Of a stretch of 64,000 nt of DNA, positions 11,321 to 24,610 are shown in pieces. The DNA is from Syncephalis fuscata S228 (taxonomy: Eukaryota; Fungi; Zoopagomycota). The position numbers and the translations under genes were made by a program. Location: contig JAHLTZ010000010.1 in NCBI GenBank assembly GCA_025786725.1, positions 682,001-746,000 on the forward strand. Direction: 5' to 3'. The notes below the pieces were generated by a model. That model ran no database searches, was not told the DNA's origin, and saw nothing but the letters and a program-made list of their open reading frames with translations. Position 1 is the stretch's first letter. Each line of letters opens with the position of its first letter.

Positions 11321-13632
11321 TGCAAAAACAAGCTTAATGTATCAAACTGGTATTTTATACAGGTTTTACTGCCATACATAAGCCAATTATAATTCCTTAA
11401 ATTATAAAGTGTGTTGATTGGTATATGTATGTATTCCATTCGACACTATGCCCATTGTTATGGGGCAATCACTGCTTTGAATTTACAAATCCATTACATT
11501 CAGGCATATTATGTTACATGTTGCACAATTATCATCATTCAAATGGCGGTTAATCCAAATTACCTGAACTTGACTATACAATAAGTACTGTTTGTAGAAT
11601 AATGCATCACAGTATTTGGAGCAATGGAACATTCCAACAAGCATTTTCGTCATCAGCTTTCAGCTTTAAACTAAATTGCATCGGCTAAATTATACGCAAT
11701 ACAATATGCAGACATTAGACTAGATACAATAAAAAGTTCTAGCCAAACATCAGCAATTTCAGGTGCATAATAGCAATGGATTGCATATGTGCTGTTTATA
11801 TTTCTAAAATCAATTTTGACGAGTCAAGCAAAATGGATTATAGAAGAACAAGCCAAACCAGAAACCAATGAAAAAACAATTGGCATCTTAAAGGCTTACT
11901 GGCTTAGCTTATAGCAAATCATTATAGCTATGCTAAGCCGGACTACATTTATCAAAAAGTTGGCTGTTGCTGATGCAGCTAAAACAACAGTAACGTTAAA
12001 CCGAGATAACGCACAAAAAACGGAGAGATGTAAATAAAATTGAATAAATAAGTTTAGTAATTAAATAGCTTATTGTTGTTGCTATAATTTATAATTCTGG
12101 TTATTTGTGCGGATAAATATTTACAATCACATTGTTTTCTTATATGCTTACATTTATACAACCACTAACTAAGCCAACTATTATAAGAACTAATTTAATC
12201 ATTTATTAGAGTAAGCAGCTAATATTATACATTATTGCAATAATAGAAAGACAGATTAATTTTATTTATTGACCATTAATAAAAGTTGTATAGCTATATT
12301 AAAATAAAACAAAAATAACAAATTGAACGCGTAATAGTATAATTAAGTCATTTTTACTTCGACTCCACGTCTTTTATTTACTCATTTTACCATCTTTTTC
12401 TTATTACTATCTTATTGTTTTATTTTGTAGTATATTATCCAATAATGCCAAATATAACAATATAAATAGCATGCGTATTTGAACATCAATAAAAACATTA
12501 TTTAATCCCTAGTCTTTATTTTTCTTATTTTACATCAACACCTGTTCAAGTAACCTCAACGGCATGTCGTATATTCTGGTTACAACTGTCGCCACAAGAT
12601 CTTCCTGGTAAATACACTCAACCTATCATTATTACATATGATGGAGGCCATTTGCTTGATCAATGATTGGCAAATAATCTGCACCTATCAATTTGATACC
12701 AAGTATACTCAAGAGAATGGTGAACATTAGAAATGCTAGCCTCCTATCTCTTTGTCACCATAGACGAGTATTTACATTGAAAATATGCCCAAATACAACA
12801 GTAGAAGCTTAGCAGATAGAAGTGACCATTTAGATACAAGAAACCACACTGTACGTAGTAACAGCAACAACAACTGCGGAATAACATGGAATCGCAATCA
12901 ATGGCTTTTATTAATATTCAATCAATCTTTCTACACATGGCTAACAACAACAATAGGCTCCGCGAATTGCAAAGTAGTTGAATAAAAACATTATAACTAT
13001 GTTTTTTGTACATAACAGCATTTTTTCAATTAAAATCAATTTTGCTTTGAAGACTCAAAATATGAAAGTTAAAGTAAAATTGGCAAATTTTGAAAAGCTA
13101 AAAATGCCTGATAAGAAAAAGTTAATTATGATAAATGCAATAATTTTAATTTAAAACCGCTTATTTACGTAGTATAGTTTATTGCAGCAATACTAACAGC
13201 AATCCAATTGTGTTTTATTTGTTAAAAAACTTTTAACAATATACAATACAAAAATATGCCGTGTAAAATTAGTACTAATAGTGTTGAACTAGTAGTTAAT
13301 GTTAAACGTCTTTTATTAAACAAATACAAAATAATAATGAAACAGCTATCAAAAAAGAAAAGAAAGTGCCATTAAAAAGTATTTAATCTGAGGTAAACGG
13401 CATTACAAAAAACAGTGTGGACAAATAAAATGATTTTATCAATAAACAAATTTAATAAATTTAAAACGGAGAATTTATTATGGGGAAATTTAAAACAGTG
13501 TATTTTCCTAATTTTCCTTTGATTCTTTTTTCTTTTTTTTTTAATTCGCCACCGATCTTCATCGCGTGTATCTGTGTGTGTACATCTGCACTTGTACGGC
13601 TACTACTTTACTTTACAGTTCGTTTATATACC

Positions 13633-16600
13633 ATGCGTTCTAAAGGCTGGCGTAAAAGAAATGTGGTTAGGAAACCCCGTGATGCACCTAATGGTGAACG
13701 AGGTGTTGGCTATAAAGAACTAGAGAAAAGTAATCCCGTACTAGAAAGCTATTACAAAGTGAGTTATATACCAACTCATATTAAGAATAGTATAGTATAT
13801 TAAACAGTATGGTATAGGAACAGAATGTTGTACCAGAAGAAGAATGGGAGTCTTTTCTAACCTATTTACGAACTGAATTGCCAACTACATTCCGTGTTAC
13901 CGGTACACGCAAGTAAGTTACTACAAATCAGTCATAATAATATATCAATGTAATTTAAATAATAGAGTGGCCACTGAATTAAATGAAAATATTAAGAAAA
14001 AGTATATTCCAATATTAACGAATATTACAATCGATGACAAACCCGTTGAAGCACCTACTAATTTACCATGGTAAGTGTATTAATAACTATGAAATACGTT
14101 TAATTAATAGATTTTATATATAAATATATTAGGTATCCTAATGGCTTTGGATGGCAATTATTAAGTAGCAAAATGGCTGTTAAACGATCCCCTGAATTTA
14201 AACAATTCCATCAATTTTTGGTGGCTGAAACAGAAGTGGTAAATATTTATAAATACATTAATTAATTATTAATAATCAGCACTAATATATCTATTTTCTA
14301 TTAATAGGGAAATATCAGTCGACAAGAGGCTGTAAGTATGATTCCTCCGCTGTTACTCGATGTAGAGCCACATCATCTAGTAAGTGACTACTAGTATGTC
14401 TATACAACTATGTGTTAACTATTGAACAGGTACTTGATATGTGTGCAGCACCTGGATCTAAAACGGCTCAATTGGTTGAAGCTATACACGCTAATGATAC
14501 ACCGGGCGTCATTCCAGGTAATTAAGCGTTACTAATACACGTGTTACTATTAACTTTATTATACGATTATATAGCGGGTGTCGTGGTGGCTAATGATGTT
14601 GATGCCCGTCGTGCTTATATGCTCGTCCATCAAATGCGTCGACTTCAAAGTCCATCACTTGTCGTGACTAACCATGAAGCACAGCATTTCCCTAATATTC
14701 AATTTGATTTGGGTGTAAGTTGTAGTACAGGCTAATGAATACGGTTAACTAATAGTCGGTCATTGATAGTTGGCACCAGGCGATAAGTCCAAGTTACAAT
14801 TCGACCGTGTCCTATGTGATGTGCCATGCAGGTAAGTCGAATAGTAAATACGGTACAATACAATACAATCTAATATATCTATATATGTATGTGTGTATTA
14901 GTGGTGATGGTACTTTGCGCAAGAATGCTATTATATGGCAGAATTGGCATTTGGGTAATGCTATTGGTCTACACACGTAAGTGTTAACTATAGTTTATTT
15001 GATATAGCGATTGACATGAATACCACTAGTACACAGATAAGCATTTTAATGCGAGGATGTCAATTATTGAAAGTGGGTGGCCGTCTTGTTTATTCAACCT
15101 GTTCAATGAATCCCGTTGAGAATGAATCAGTAGTAGCTGCAGTGCTTAATCGATATGCTGGTAAATCAATATATAAATGTGTCATTGACTATTTACTAAT
15201 AGTTATGTTATCAAGGATCAATTAAGTTGGTTGATGTCAAGGATCGCCTGGTAGAGTTGAAGAGACGACCAGGTTTGACCAAATGGAAGGTAGATAGAAT
15301 AGAATAGACCGCATTAATAGAAACATAGTATTAATCGTATCGTTTGTAATAGATGATGTCGAAGAGTGGTGCTTGGTATGATTCATATGATCAAGTGCCA
15401 GCATCAGAACATAAAGTACTTCGTTCAAGTCTTTTCCCACCTGCCAATGCTCATGAATTGGGATTAGAACACTGGTAAGTGGTCCTATTATTATGACAAC
15501 ACGTAGTATACTTATATTTGATATAGTTTACGTATTTACTCGCACCTTCAAAACACGGGTGCCTTTTTCGTTGCTGTATTTGAAAAGACAGCGGCTATCA
15601 CAATGGCAGAAAAAGCCAAAGAAGAAGCTGAATCGAACGGCTCAGATAGTGAAAAGATTGATGATACTGAAGTGGATACAGTAATTGAAGATAACACCGC
15701 TAATGATGTAGCAATTGAAGATGGCACTGTTACTGATGCAGCAAAACGGTCGGCTTCTTCTATTCCAGCCGAGTCGAATCAAGAAGTGAAACGGGCCCGT
15801 AATGACGACAATGATCAATCAGTATCCGATAAAGCAAAGGATTCAGAAAAACCAGTCTCTAAAGGTGGCTATAGTAACCCAGAAGGACCATTTAAACTAT
15901 TAAGTGCCAACAATACTAGTATAGCCGAGATTTGGTAGGCTGATCAATATATATGTATATATATAATTAATACTTGTATATTTATATAATAGTGAATTCT
16001 ACGGATTATCAAATGAATTTCCTCGTGATCAAATACTTGTTCGCTCTGATGTGGAAGAGAATAACAAAACATTATTTTTAGTATCGGGTACCGTTAAGAA
16101 AATACTACAAGCCGCCGACATTGCCCGATTAAAGGTAATGGTCAAATATGTTTATTTATATGAATAGTGAATACTGAATAATGAATGATATAGCTTGTGC
16201 ATACAGGTATACGTGTATTCATCCGTAATGAAGGCAGCAATGAGCGGGCCTTCCGTTATCGCTTACAAGCTGATGGTCTTGGTGTTGTGGCGCCATTGTT
16301 ATCACCGACCCGTGTAGTGAATGCCCACTTGGACGATTTACGGGCATTAGTATTACATCAAAATCCATTATTGGATGATTTGACACCAGAAACCAATAAA
16401 TCTTTAGATGAGTTACGTAAGTTGTATTATTATTATTACATTAATAACTATATTGATTACTATTGATGTTATGGTTATTGTTATTAGAACCTGGTTGTTG
16501 TGTTCTTCGATTTGATCCATCGCCTTATCCTGAATTGACGTAAGTATCGATAATACAACTAACCAATTAATCTTGTATTATTTATAATAACGTTGATACT

Positions 16601-16926
16601 GATACCGATATATATATATACAGTATGTATGAGATGCTTTATATTCCAGTATGGCGTGCACGTATCTCTGTCAATCTACTATTGAGTAAACAAGAGAAAA
16701 GGTAAGAAGGAAGCTTATCATAGACTAGCTATAATACAATAATGAATTTAAATACGGTCGTGTTTTATTATACGATTTTAGATCACTTGGATTCCGTATT
16801 GGCATCGACATTCTATCTATTGAGAAACAGTCGAAAGAGGAAACAGCTACTGATGCAACTGCGGCCACAACAATTACCGCAACAACGACGGAAACCACGG
16901 AAACGACAACCATGACGTCAGATTAA
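13633..16926 (+). CDS. NCL1: tRNA (cytosine-5) methyltransferase NCL1/TRM4 (NSUN2 family)
   Basis: [64 protein letters not shown]. Confidence 0.95.
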
Positions 16927-16995
16927 TGCGTAATAAATTTTATAGCACATAATAATAGCATTATCTTGTAACAAAGTGTCATTGATAAAATAATC

Positions 16996-19900
16996 TTATA
17001 GTTTTTTACACTTTAGCACAGATTGTTGTTTACGTTTCTCGCGTTGCTCTATCATTCTCTAATGATATCATAGGAATAATAATTAGTATGGATTCAGGAG
17101 TGGCTATTATTGTTACTTACTTGGCGTCTTTCTTCTCGGCGTTTATTTAATTCATCGGTACGGTCACTACGGGCCGCTGTACGGGCATCTGGCGATGGTC
17201 GTCGAATAGGTTCGGCTATATTTAATTGTTCACCGAATGGAGAAGGTGGCGCGCCCGACTGATCATCATCACCATCAAGTCCCCAGCCATCATCGCCCCA
17301 TCCATCACCGATATCCGCTACAATTACATAGTGTTAATCAGAGAATTATTATAAAATATAGAAATTACCTAATAGATTGGTCACTTCTGTGGAGCGTTGA
17401 CCTAATTTCATGCCTTTTCCACGGCTAGTATTTGGTAGAGATAGATGCTCTGGTCCTTTACTGCTACAACCATTACTACTATTATGACCACCCGCATTAT
17501 CATCCTCCTATGTTGTCATATATATGTACATATATATATAAAATTAATGAATGATTTGATATATAAATATATACAATTACCAGTGTTAATGGACCTAAAT
17601 CGACATCAAAATCACCCCATCCACCTATGGCGTCTTCTGTTGTCTCGTTCGTAATGGCTCTAGTAATATTAATACGAGGTTGCGGTGTTGGTGTGACTAT
17701 ACTATGAGTTGTTGCTACTGTTGTTGTTGTTGCTACTGTCTTTATACCACCATTACCGGTGTAATGAGTAGTAGATTGGTTTGTATATTTACTATTACTA
17801 TTATTACCACTAGATGGTGGCGATGTTGGCGGTATAGATCCATCCACTGTAGTGAATGCTACATCAGATATCTATAATTGGATTAGTAATTAGATTAGAT
17901 TAACAATTAAATTAATGCAATTACTAATCTAGTTACCTTTTTGGCTACTGAAGAAACAGCCCAACCAGCCCACTCAGCACCAACTGACATGGCCATACCA
18001 CCAACACCTGCAGCTGAAGATGCAGCAACTTCATTAGGTGTATTTGAGTTTGGATCAATGATAGGCGCATCGGGCTAACATAATAATTGATCGTTAATAA
18101 ATTGTCAAATACTACATGACATATAATCATTACCATGCTTTCAGAGTAAGCTTGTAGTTTCTGTATCATTTGTTCAAGTGCTTTAAATGCTTGTACACGT
18201 ACATCACTAGTGTTTAGTGTGATATAAAATGTTAAATAATACATTAAGATTATTTGTGTGCGGTTATATACAACTTACCGATGTGGATCGACCAATAGCG
18301 GTGATATCGATGGCACAATACGTGTGGCATAATCAGCAGCGGCATAATCGTCAATAGTAGCTACATTAGACAAATGTAAATAAACAATAATAATTAACTA
18401 ATTAAAACTAACCAGTAATAGCCATAAGTGCTGAAGATCGGGCAGCTGGAAATGGATCTCTTAATCCATTAAACAAGGCAACCAGAATGGCTTTTGACCG
18501 GGTCTATATAAAGATTGTTATGTTATTGTTATCTATTAGTAACCAATTAATATTATGTATTACTTACTGTCTCGTTCATATATTTACTTAATTTACCAAG
18601 GCACACAATGGCATTGGTACGAATACCTGGTTCAGGATCCATCAGAGCTTTACAAATGTATTTGGATAGCTCTTGGTTATTCGTCTTTTCACTAAGCTAT
18701 TAAATGGTAATATAAATGAGATTCAGTATTATATTAGCATGATATAGCTATATTGCTGTAGTGTAGTCACCTTGGGAGCTATTACTAATGCACTTCTTAC
18801 AGTAGCATCTCGAATAATAGGCGCTGAATCAGTAAAACCAGTAATCTAACCAATAAGAATGGTATTAGTTTACATAGCAGTAATAAATATTTAATAATGG
18901 ATCTTACATAATGTGGAAATATCGTATTGACCGTCGTCTTGACACTTAGATGTTGAACAAATGGCCCCAAATGGTCTAATAAACCCATACGGATACTGCG
19001 ATCAGGTAAGGCAAATAAGCGAGTAATGGCCGGTGCCACTAGTGTGTGGTATTCTTTCTCATCAAGCTGTCCACTAATCTGAGCAATGGGACTGATTACT
19101 TTATTGCCACCTAAATGGATCAACATCTATTAGATTTATAGTTGGTTATATTCATTACAATTTACCTGATCCAAATTCCAATACTTTTAATAGTTCAGGC
19201 AGTAATTTGTGTCGATTGAAATCAGTTGGGAATTGACCAATCATTGGTGTTAATCGACTAGAGGTAGAATGGCATTCATTAATAATACGGTATTTATAAA
19301 CTGTCGTTAAATACGTACTTTAGAAATGCTTCTCGTTCAGGTTGATCTTTAACATTAAAGTTCTCCAAAAACAAATTAGCTTGTACGAAATCGTTCATAA
19401 AATATCCATCAGATCGACTTGTATGATCGATAAAACGGCCTAGTGTTGCCCGTGATCGTGGATCATTGGCAAGTAATGATAAATATGCTTTACGTAGATT
19501 CTATTAAATATATGCATTTATTAGTATTTTCTACTTTTATATACTATTTATAATTACCGCTGGAATACGACCGGGCGTTTTAAGTTGTTCTGACTGAGTA
19601 AATGATCCGTTGAACAACTCATAAATGAAACAAGCATAATGCCAACTATCAGTTGCAGATGGCTCATATCTAAAGTTATTATTAACAGTGTTATTGGTGT
19701 TAATAATATATTGCTTACTCTCTAATTGTGTCCCAAGTACCACGTGATACTTCAGGTGTGGCAAATCGTTTCGCATCTGGCATTAATCCGGCATTGGCCT
19801 AGTTTTATATTTTTATTAATATATTTTTATTTGTTTTGTTAATAAATACTACGTCAATTTGTTTACTATCTTACCGTAATAAACGGATGTTCATCTTTTA

Positions 19901-20612
19901 ATGAACTTAATAACTCAAGTCCTCCAAGTTTCCATTCTCCGGCTCCGTTAACAAACACCGAACTAATTTTAATATTGCCATGGACCAAATTACAATCATT
20001 ATTTAAAAAGTGGACCATTTTCTAATTATTATAATTTACAGTATTGTAATACAAAACTTATTAATATTTGCTATTCTATCTTAATAATAAATTACTTACT
20101 GCAATGTTAAAAAGACCCCAAGCAATTAAATTCTGATTTTGTTCGCTTTGGTTTAGAACAGTCCGTAATGGCTGGATAACATCGGTGGCCAGATAGATAT
20201 GCGTATCCGTCTGTTTCAATCTACTCGTTAATATTGCGATGGTAGTTTCAGTATGCACCGTCCTTACCTCTACACCATCAATATAGCGGATAAGTCCCGG
20301 ATGTCGAATTGTTCGAAATTTACTGAATGCATTCCGGGCCAGCGCCAATTCTCCACTAGACCCACGTGCCTTTTCGTAGACTAGCACTGATACGGCTGAA
20401 TTGTCGGCCTAGTTAATCGTCAGTCCGGTGACTGATCGGTACATCATCTGTTGACTTACGGTTTTTCTACCTTCGTACAGTGCCCATACCGAATCGTTCC
20501 TGCCGAGTTCGTGCACCCTTTCGCCAATAGTATAGGGGAACTCTTGTCCGCTCGTTCCACCTACCAACGAGGAAAGGGTCGATTTAACCAGGCCCGAGAA
20601 AACTGTCGCCAT
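16996..20612 (-). CDS. SCY1-like pseudokinase with HEAT repeats (CEX1/SCYL1 family)
   Basis: FPYTIGE, FRTIRHPGLIRYIDGVE, GEWKLGGLELL, DPEPGIRTNA, LRDPFPAARS, low-complexity C-terminus. Confidence 0.9.
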
Positions 20613-22060
20613 AGGAATAAAGAATAGGAATGATGCTAAAGAGAGTAAGGACGGTTTGGTTAACAAAGGTGTTTTGCCACTGTGGCGGTATTTGGTTATT
20701 GCTGTTAACAAGCAAATAATGATTGATACAAAAATAGGTGCATTTGTGTGTGTGTGTAATAAACGGGTAAATAAATTATTCAAATGGCGCTCAAATGAAT
20801 TGATTGGCTGATCGGATTTACCGTAAAAGTAGTTAGTAGCTCATTATACAATGAATTTAGCTGTTCTAGTTTGGTTTCTCAGCACAAGTGAAACAATAAA
20901 CAGTATCTAATGGATTTGTACATGGTAAAAGCTGCCTAAATAAACACATGTGATAAATGTGTTCATGAATGATAGGCTAGACACAGCTCGCTTATTACCA
21001 CGAGCATTATTGATCACGACGGTGTTTTCAAATGACAATGATTGGAACATAGGCGATAGAATACAAGGATGGAATGCTAGTATGATACCTATTATTTCTA
21101 AATTAGAAATTAGAAATTAAAATTAGAATAAACCCAGTAAAAAGAAGTATTATTGTACCATGTTCAACATGCCTATTGCAGAATAACCAGGATATACAAC
21201 GTGTCCTGAGCGGCTTGGTACAACAAGCATGGGAATCTTTAAAGGTCGTTGCTTTTATTTATTTTATTTTGTGTATAAGCGAGCCAAGCTATATTGAATA
21301 AAAAGTACTCGAAGGTACCTTTTAATGATGGAAAATAGGCCGTTTATATTTAAAAAAGAAACGTCATGTATTTTTAGACCGAGTAACGGCAAATTAAACA
21401 GTACGTAAAAACGATTGAAGAAAAATAGTCATGAGTCATTAGTATAGGATACACATGTTTATGGTATGACTATTGTTCATACTAATGACGATAGCAAAGC
21501 AATGGAAATTGAAGAGAAAGAGTGAAAACAAGAACAAGCAGGATGACAAGGATGAGAAGGATGAGAAGTAGTAGCAAGAACAATCACGTCGGCTCTATAG
21601 CCAATAGAATTGGCAAAATTCATTAGGAAGCGATGGCGCCATCCTCGTTTATCTGTATTTTTGCATTAATGCGTGCAAGTCGTGCAACGTTTTCAATTAA
21701 TGACTAGGCGATAAAGATTTGAATGATAGTCATTGTTACCGCAGCTCAAAATGGGAGGAAGGTTGGTCTATCTTCACATTCCCAGCTCGGGCCTCATGAT
21801 TCGTCAAGAGGTGGCGTCAGGCCACTCAACGTCGAATCACCGCATAATAAGCACATCTCCTGATGGAGCCCACAGCTACGGGTGATACATAATACCGACC
21901 TGTATTTATAATAAGCATAAAGCGCAAAAGCGACTATTGCTATTATCGCTACTTGTATCTTCCAGCAGTTACGGTCTTCGTGCTCGTTTATAAATATTTC
22001 CATCAAGCTTAGCGCTGCTTTACTGTTTTACTACCACTATTTTTATTATTGCTTTTTGCC

Positions 22061-23510
22061 ATGTCTCCCTCTGAAGCTACTGTTACAAAGCTATCGGTTA
22101 CCGTAAACGACGGCGGCGACGTATCGGCCGAACACCAATACGCAGAAGTATTGCACGGCCAAACGAAAGCCGATAGCTCTTCGTTCTTTTTTACCAAAGT
22201 GGTAAAAAAAGATCGTGAACTTCACAAAGAGGCCGTTGAAGACTATAATAACTTTTTTCAAGCGGACCGTGAGCGTGCCGAACGTGGTGAAGATGTCGAA
22301 GGCAATCAAGAAGAACGTCTTAGCAAGTACACTCGCCTAACCAATACTTATTATAACCTTGTTACCGATTTGTACGAGGTAAGTGTGCATAATGTTGAAT
22401 CCACTCATCCGTTGGCTAATGACTCGATTATGATGGATGATATTTAGTATGGATGGGGCCAATCATTCCATTTTGCTCGTCACTATCCCGGTGAAGCCTT
22501 CCGTCAAAGCATTGCTCGTCACGAGCACTATTTGGCCCACCGTATTGGTGTTAAGCCAGGTATGCACCTACTGGTAAGTTATTTACTGCACTCGTCATTC
22601 AATAGCTCATTTTATATGGCTAGGATGTTGGCTGTGGTGTAGGCGGCCCTGCTCGAGCAATGATTCATTTTGGCGACGTTAAAGTGACCGGCCTTAACAA
22701 TAACGAGTATCAACTTGAACGTGCTGCCACTTATGCTGCTCGTGAAAAGATTGCCGATAAATGGAGCTCAATTAAGGGTGATTTTATGAAAATGGATATA
22801 CCCGATAATACATTTGATGGTGTAAGTGCCATAGATTATTTATTAATTAGTATTTACTTATTTATCTTCACTCATTGGTTTGATTGATTGAATAAATTTT
22901 TATGTGTAACAATAGGCATACGCTATTGAAGCAACGGTTCATGCACCCGATCTAGCCGGTGTCTACGGTGAAATCTTCCGAGTAATTAAGCCAGGTTCAC
23001 GATTTGCTTGCTACGAATGGTGTATGACGGACAAATACAATCACGATGATCCTGAACATCGCCGCATCCGTCTAGGTATCGAGGAAGGCAACGGTATTCC
23101 ACAGATGGTTGGCACCGATGTAGCATTGGCTGCGCTACGCAAGGCCGGCTTTGAAGTTGAGTACCATGAAGTACTTGGACTCAATGACACTGTACCTTGG
23201 TACATGCCACTTGAAGGCAGCTATACTGGCAATATTGCTTTAACCTCAGCTGGTGTCTATTTCACAGATATTATGGTAAGTAAATTATACTGTTATTATA
23301 TCCATTATCACCTTACTGACTATTATTATTATTGTTATTACTATCTTTATTTAACAGTGTATGGCAATGGAAAAAGTTGGTCTAGCACCTGCTGGCACAC
23401 GTCAAGTAAGCCAAATTCTATTGGGTGCCCGTAGTCATTTGGCTGCTGGTGGTAAACTAGGCATATTCACACCTATGTTCTGCTTTGTGGCCCGTAAGCC
23501 AGAAGTGTAA
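22061..23510 (+). CDS. ERG6: Sterol 24-C-methyltransferase
   Basis: [57 protein letters not shown]. Confidence 0.96.
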
Positions 23511-23639
23511 ATTTTTTATACACTATTTTGTTCATTCAGCTTTATACCGCTTGATTTTTTTATTTACTCTTTACAATTGTTAAGATTGTAGAGTGCGCCC
23601 ATTTGCCTTATAAATCGATTATGTTAGCATGATCATTGA

Positions 23640-24520
23640 TTTGAATAAACACATTGAAATGTTAGCTTTTTAAGACAAATACAACAATTATGTTTATTTT
23701 AAAAATAAATTTGAATGATTGGATATACACATTAAAATGATAGCTTTTTATTTAAAATACATACAACAGTTATGTTTGCTATGATAATAATGACCAAATG
23801 ATTGGATGTACACATTAAATGTTAGCACCTCATATAAAATAACTACTAATTATGTCTGCTACGATAATAAATGACTAAATAACTAAATAACATATTAAAA
23901 TGTTAGCTTTTATTTAAAATAAATACAACATTATGTTTGCTATTATAATGAATGACAAATAATTGAATATACATATTAAAATGTTAGCTTTATTAAAATA
24001 ACTACGTAATATGTTGCTATGATAATAAATGACTAAATAACTAAATATACATATTAAATGTAGCTTTTATTTAAAATAAATACAACAGTTATATTTGCTA
24101 TGATAATAATGACAAATATTGATTACACATTAAATGTTAGATCATATAAATAACTACGTAATTATGCTGCTATATAATAAATGACTAAATAACTAAATAT
24201 ACATATTGAAATAATAGCTTTTTATTTAAAATAAATACAACAGTTATATTTGCTATTATAATGAATGACCAATGATTGGATATACACATTAAAATGTTAC
24301 TTATTATAACTACGTAATTATGTCTGCTATGATAATAAATGACTAAATAACTAAATATACATATTGAAATGATAGCTTTTATTTAAAATAAATACAACAG
24401 TTATGTTTGCTATGATAATGAATGACCAGATGATTGGATGTACACATTAAAATACTAGTTTTCTCTAAGATAAATACTGCAGTTATGTTTATTTTAATAA
24501 TAATGACTGAATAATTGAAT
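23640..24520. repeat. AT-rich minisatellite, ~80-bp units with alternating A/B higher-order structure
   Basis: Recurrent ACA(C/T)ATTAAAATGTTAGC...TGCTATGATAAT..ATGAC. Units alternate AAATACAACAGTTAT and AACTACGTAATTATG. About 11 units. Confidence 0.9.
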
Positions 24521-24610
24521 AATGCTACTGATAAAAAATAACTTTTTAAAATAAAGCGAATAAAGGCGAACGTGAAACTATTGTAAAAGAAAAATATGTT
24601 ATGTCATTAG

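Larger units (their letters stand above)
6520..13518. mobile_element. Non-autonomous Mutator-like (MULE) element with cargo, TIRs and 9-bp TSD
   Basis: Left end GGGAAAATTAGCAAAATACATCGTTTTTAAATTT at 6520; right end (reverse complement) AGGAAAATTAGGAAAATACACTGTTTTAAATTT ending at 13518. Identical TTGATTCTT at 6511-6519 and 13519-13527. A MuDR-like ORF remnant lies just inside the left end. Confidence 0.8.

Noticed and set aside
11330-13000. Transposase catalytic domain inside the MULE
   Set aside because: No DDE or zinc-finger motif could be read with confidence; frames are riddled with stops.
23640-24520. Second coding micro-exon gene
   Set aside because: No strong donors, variable gap length, TAA inside candidate exons, and no leader or terminal exon.
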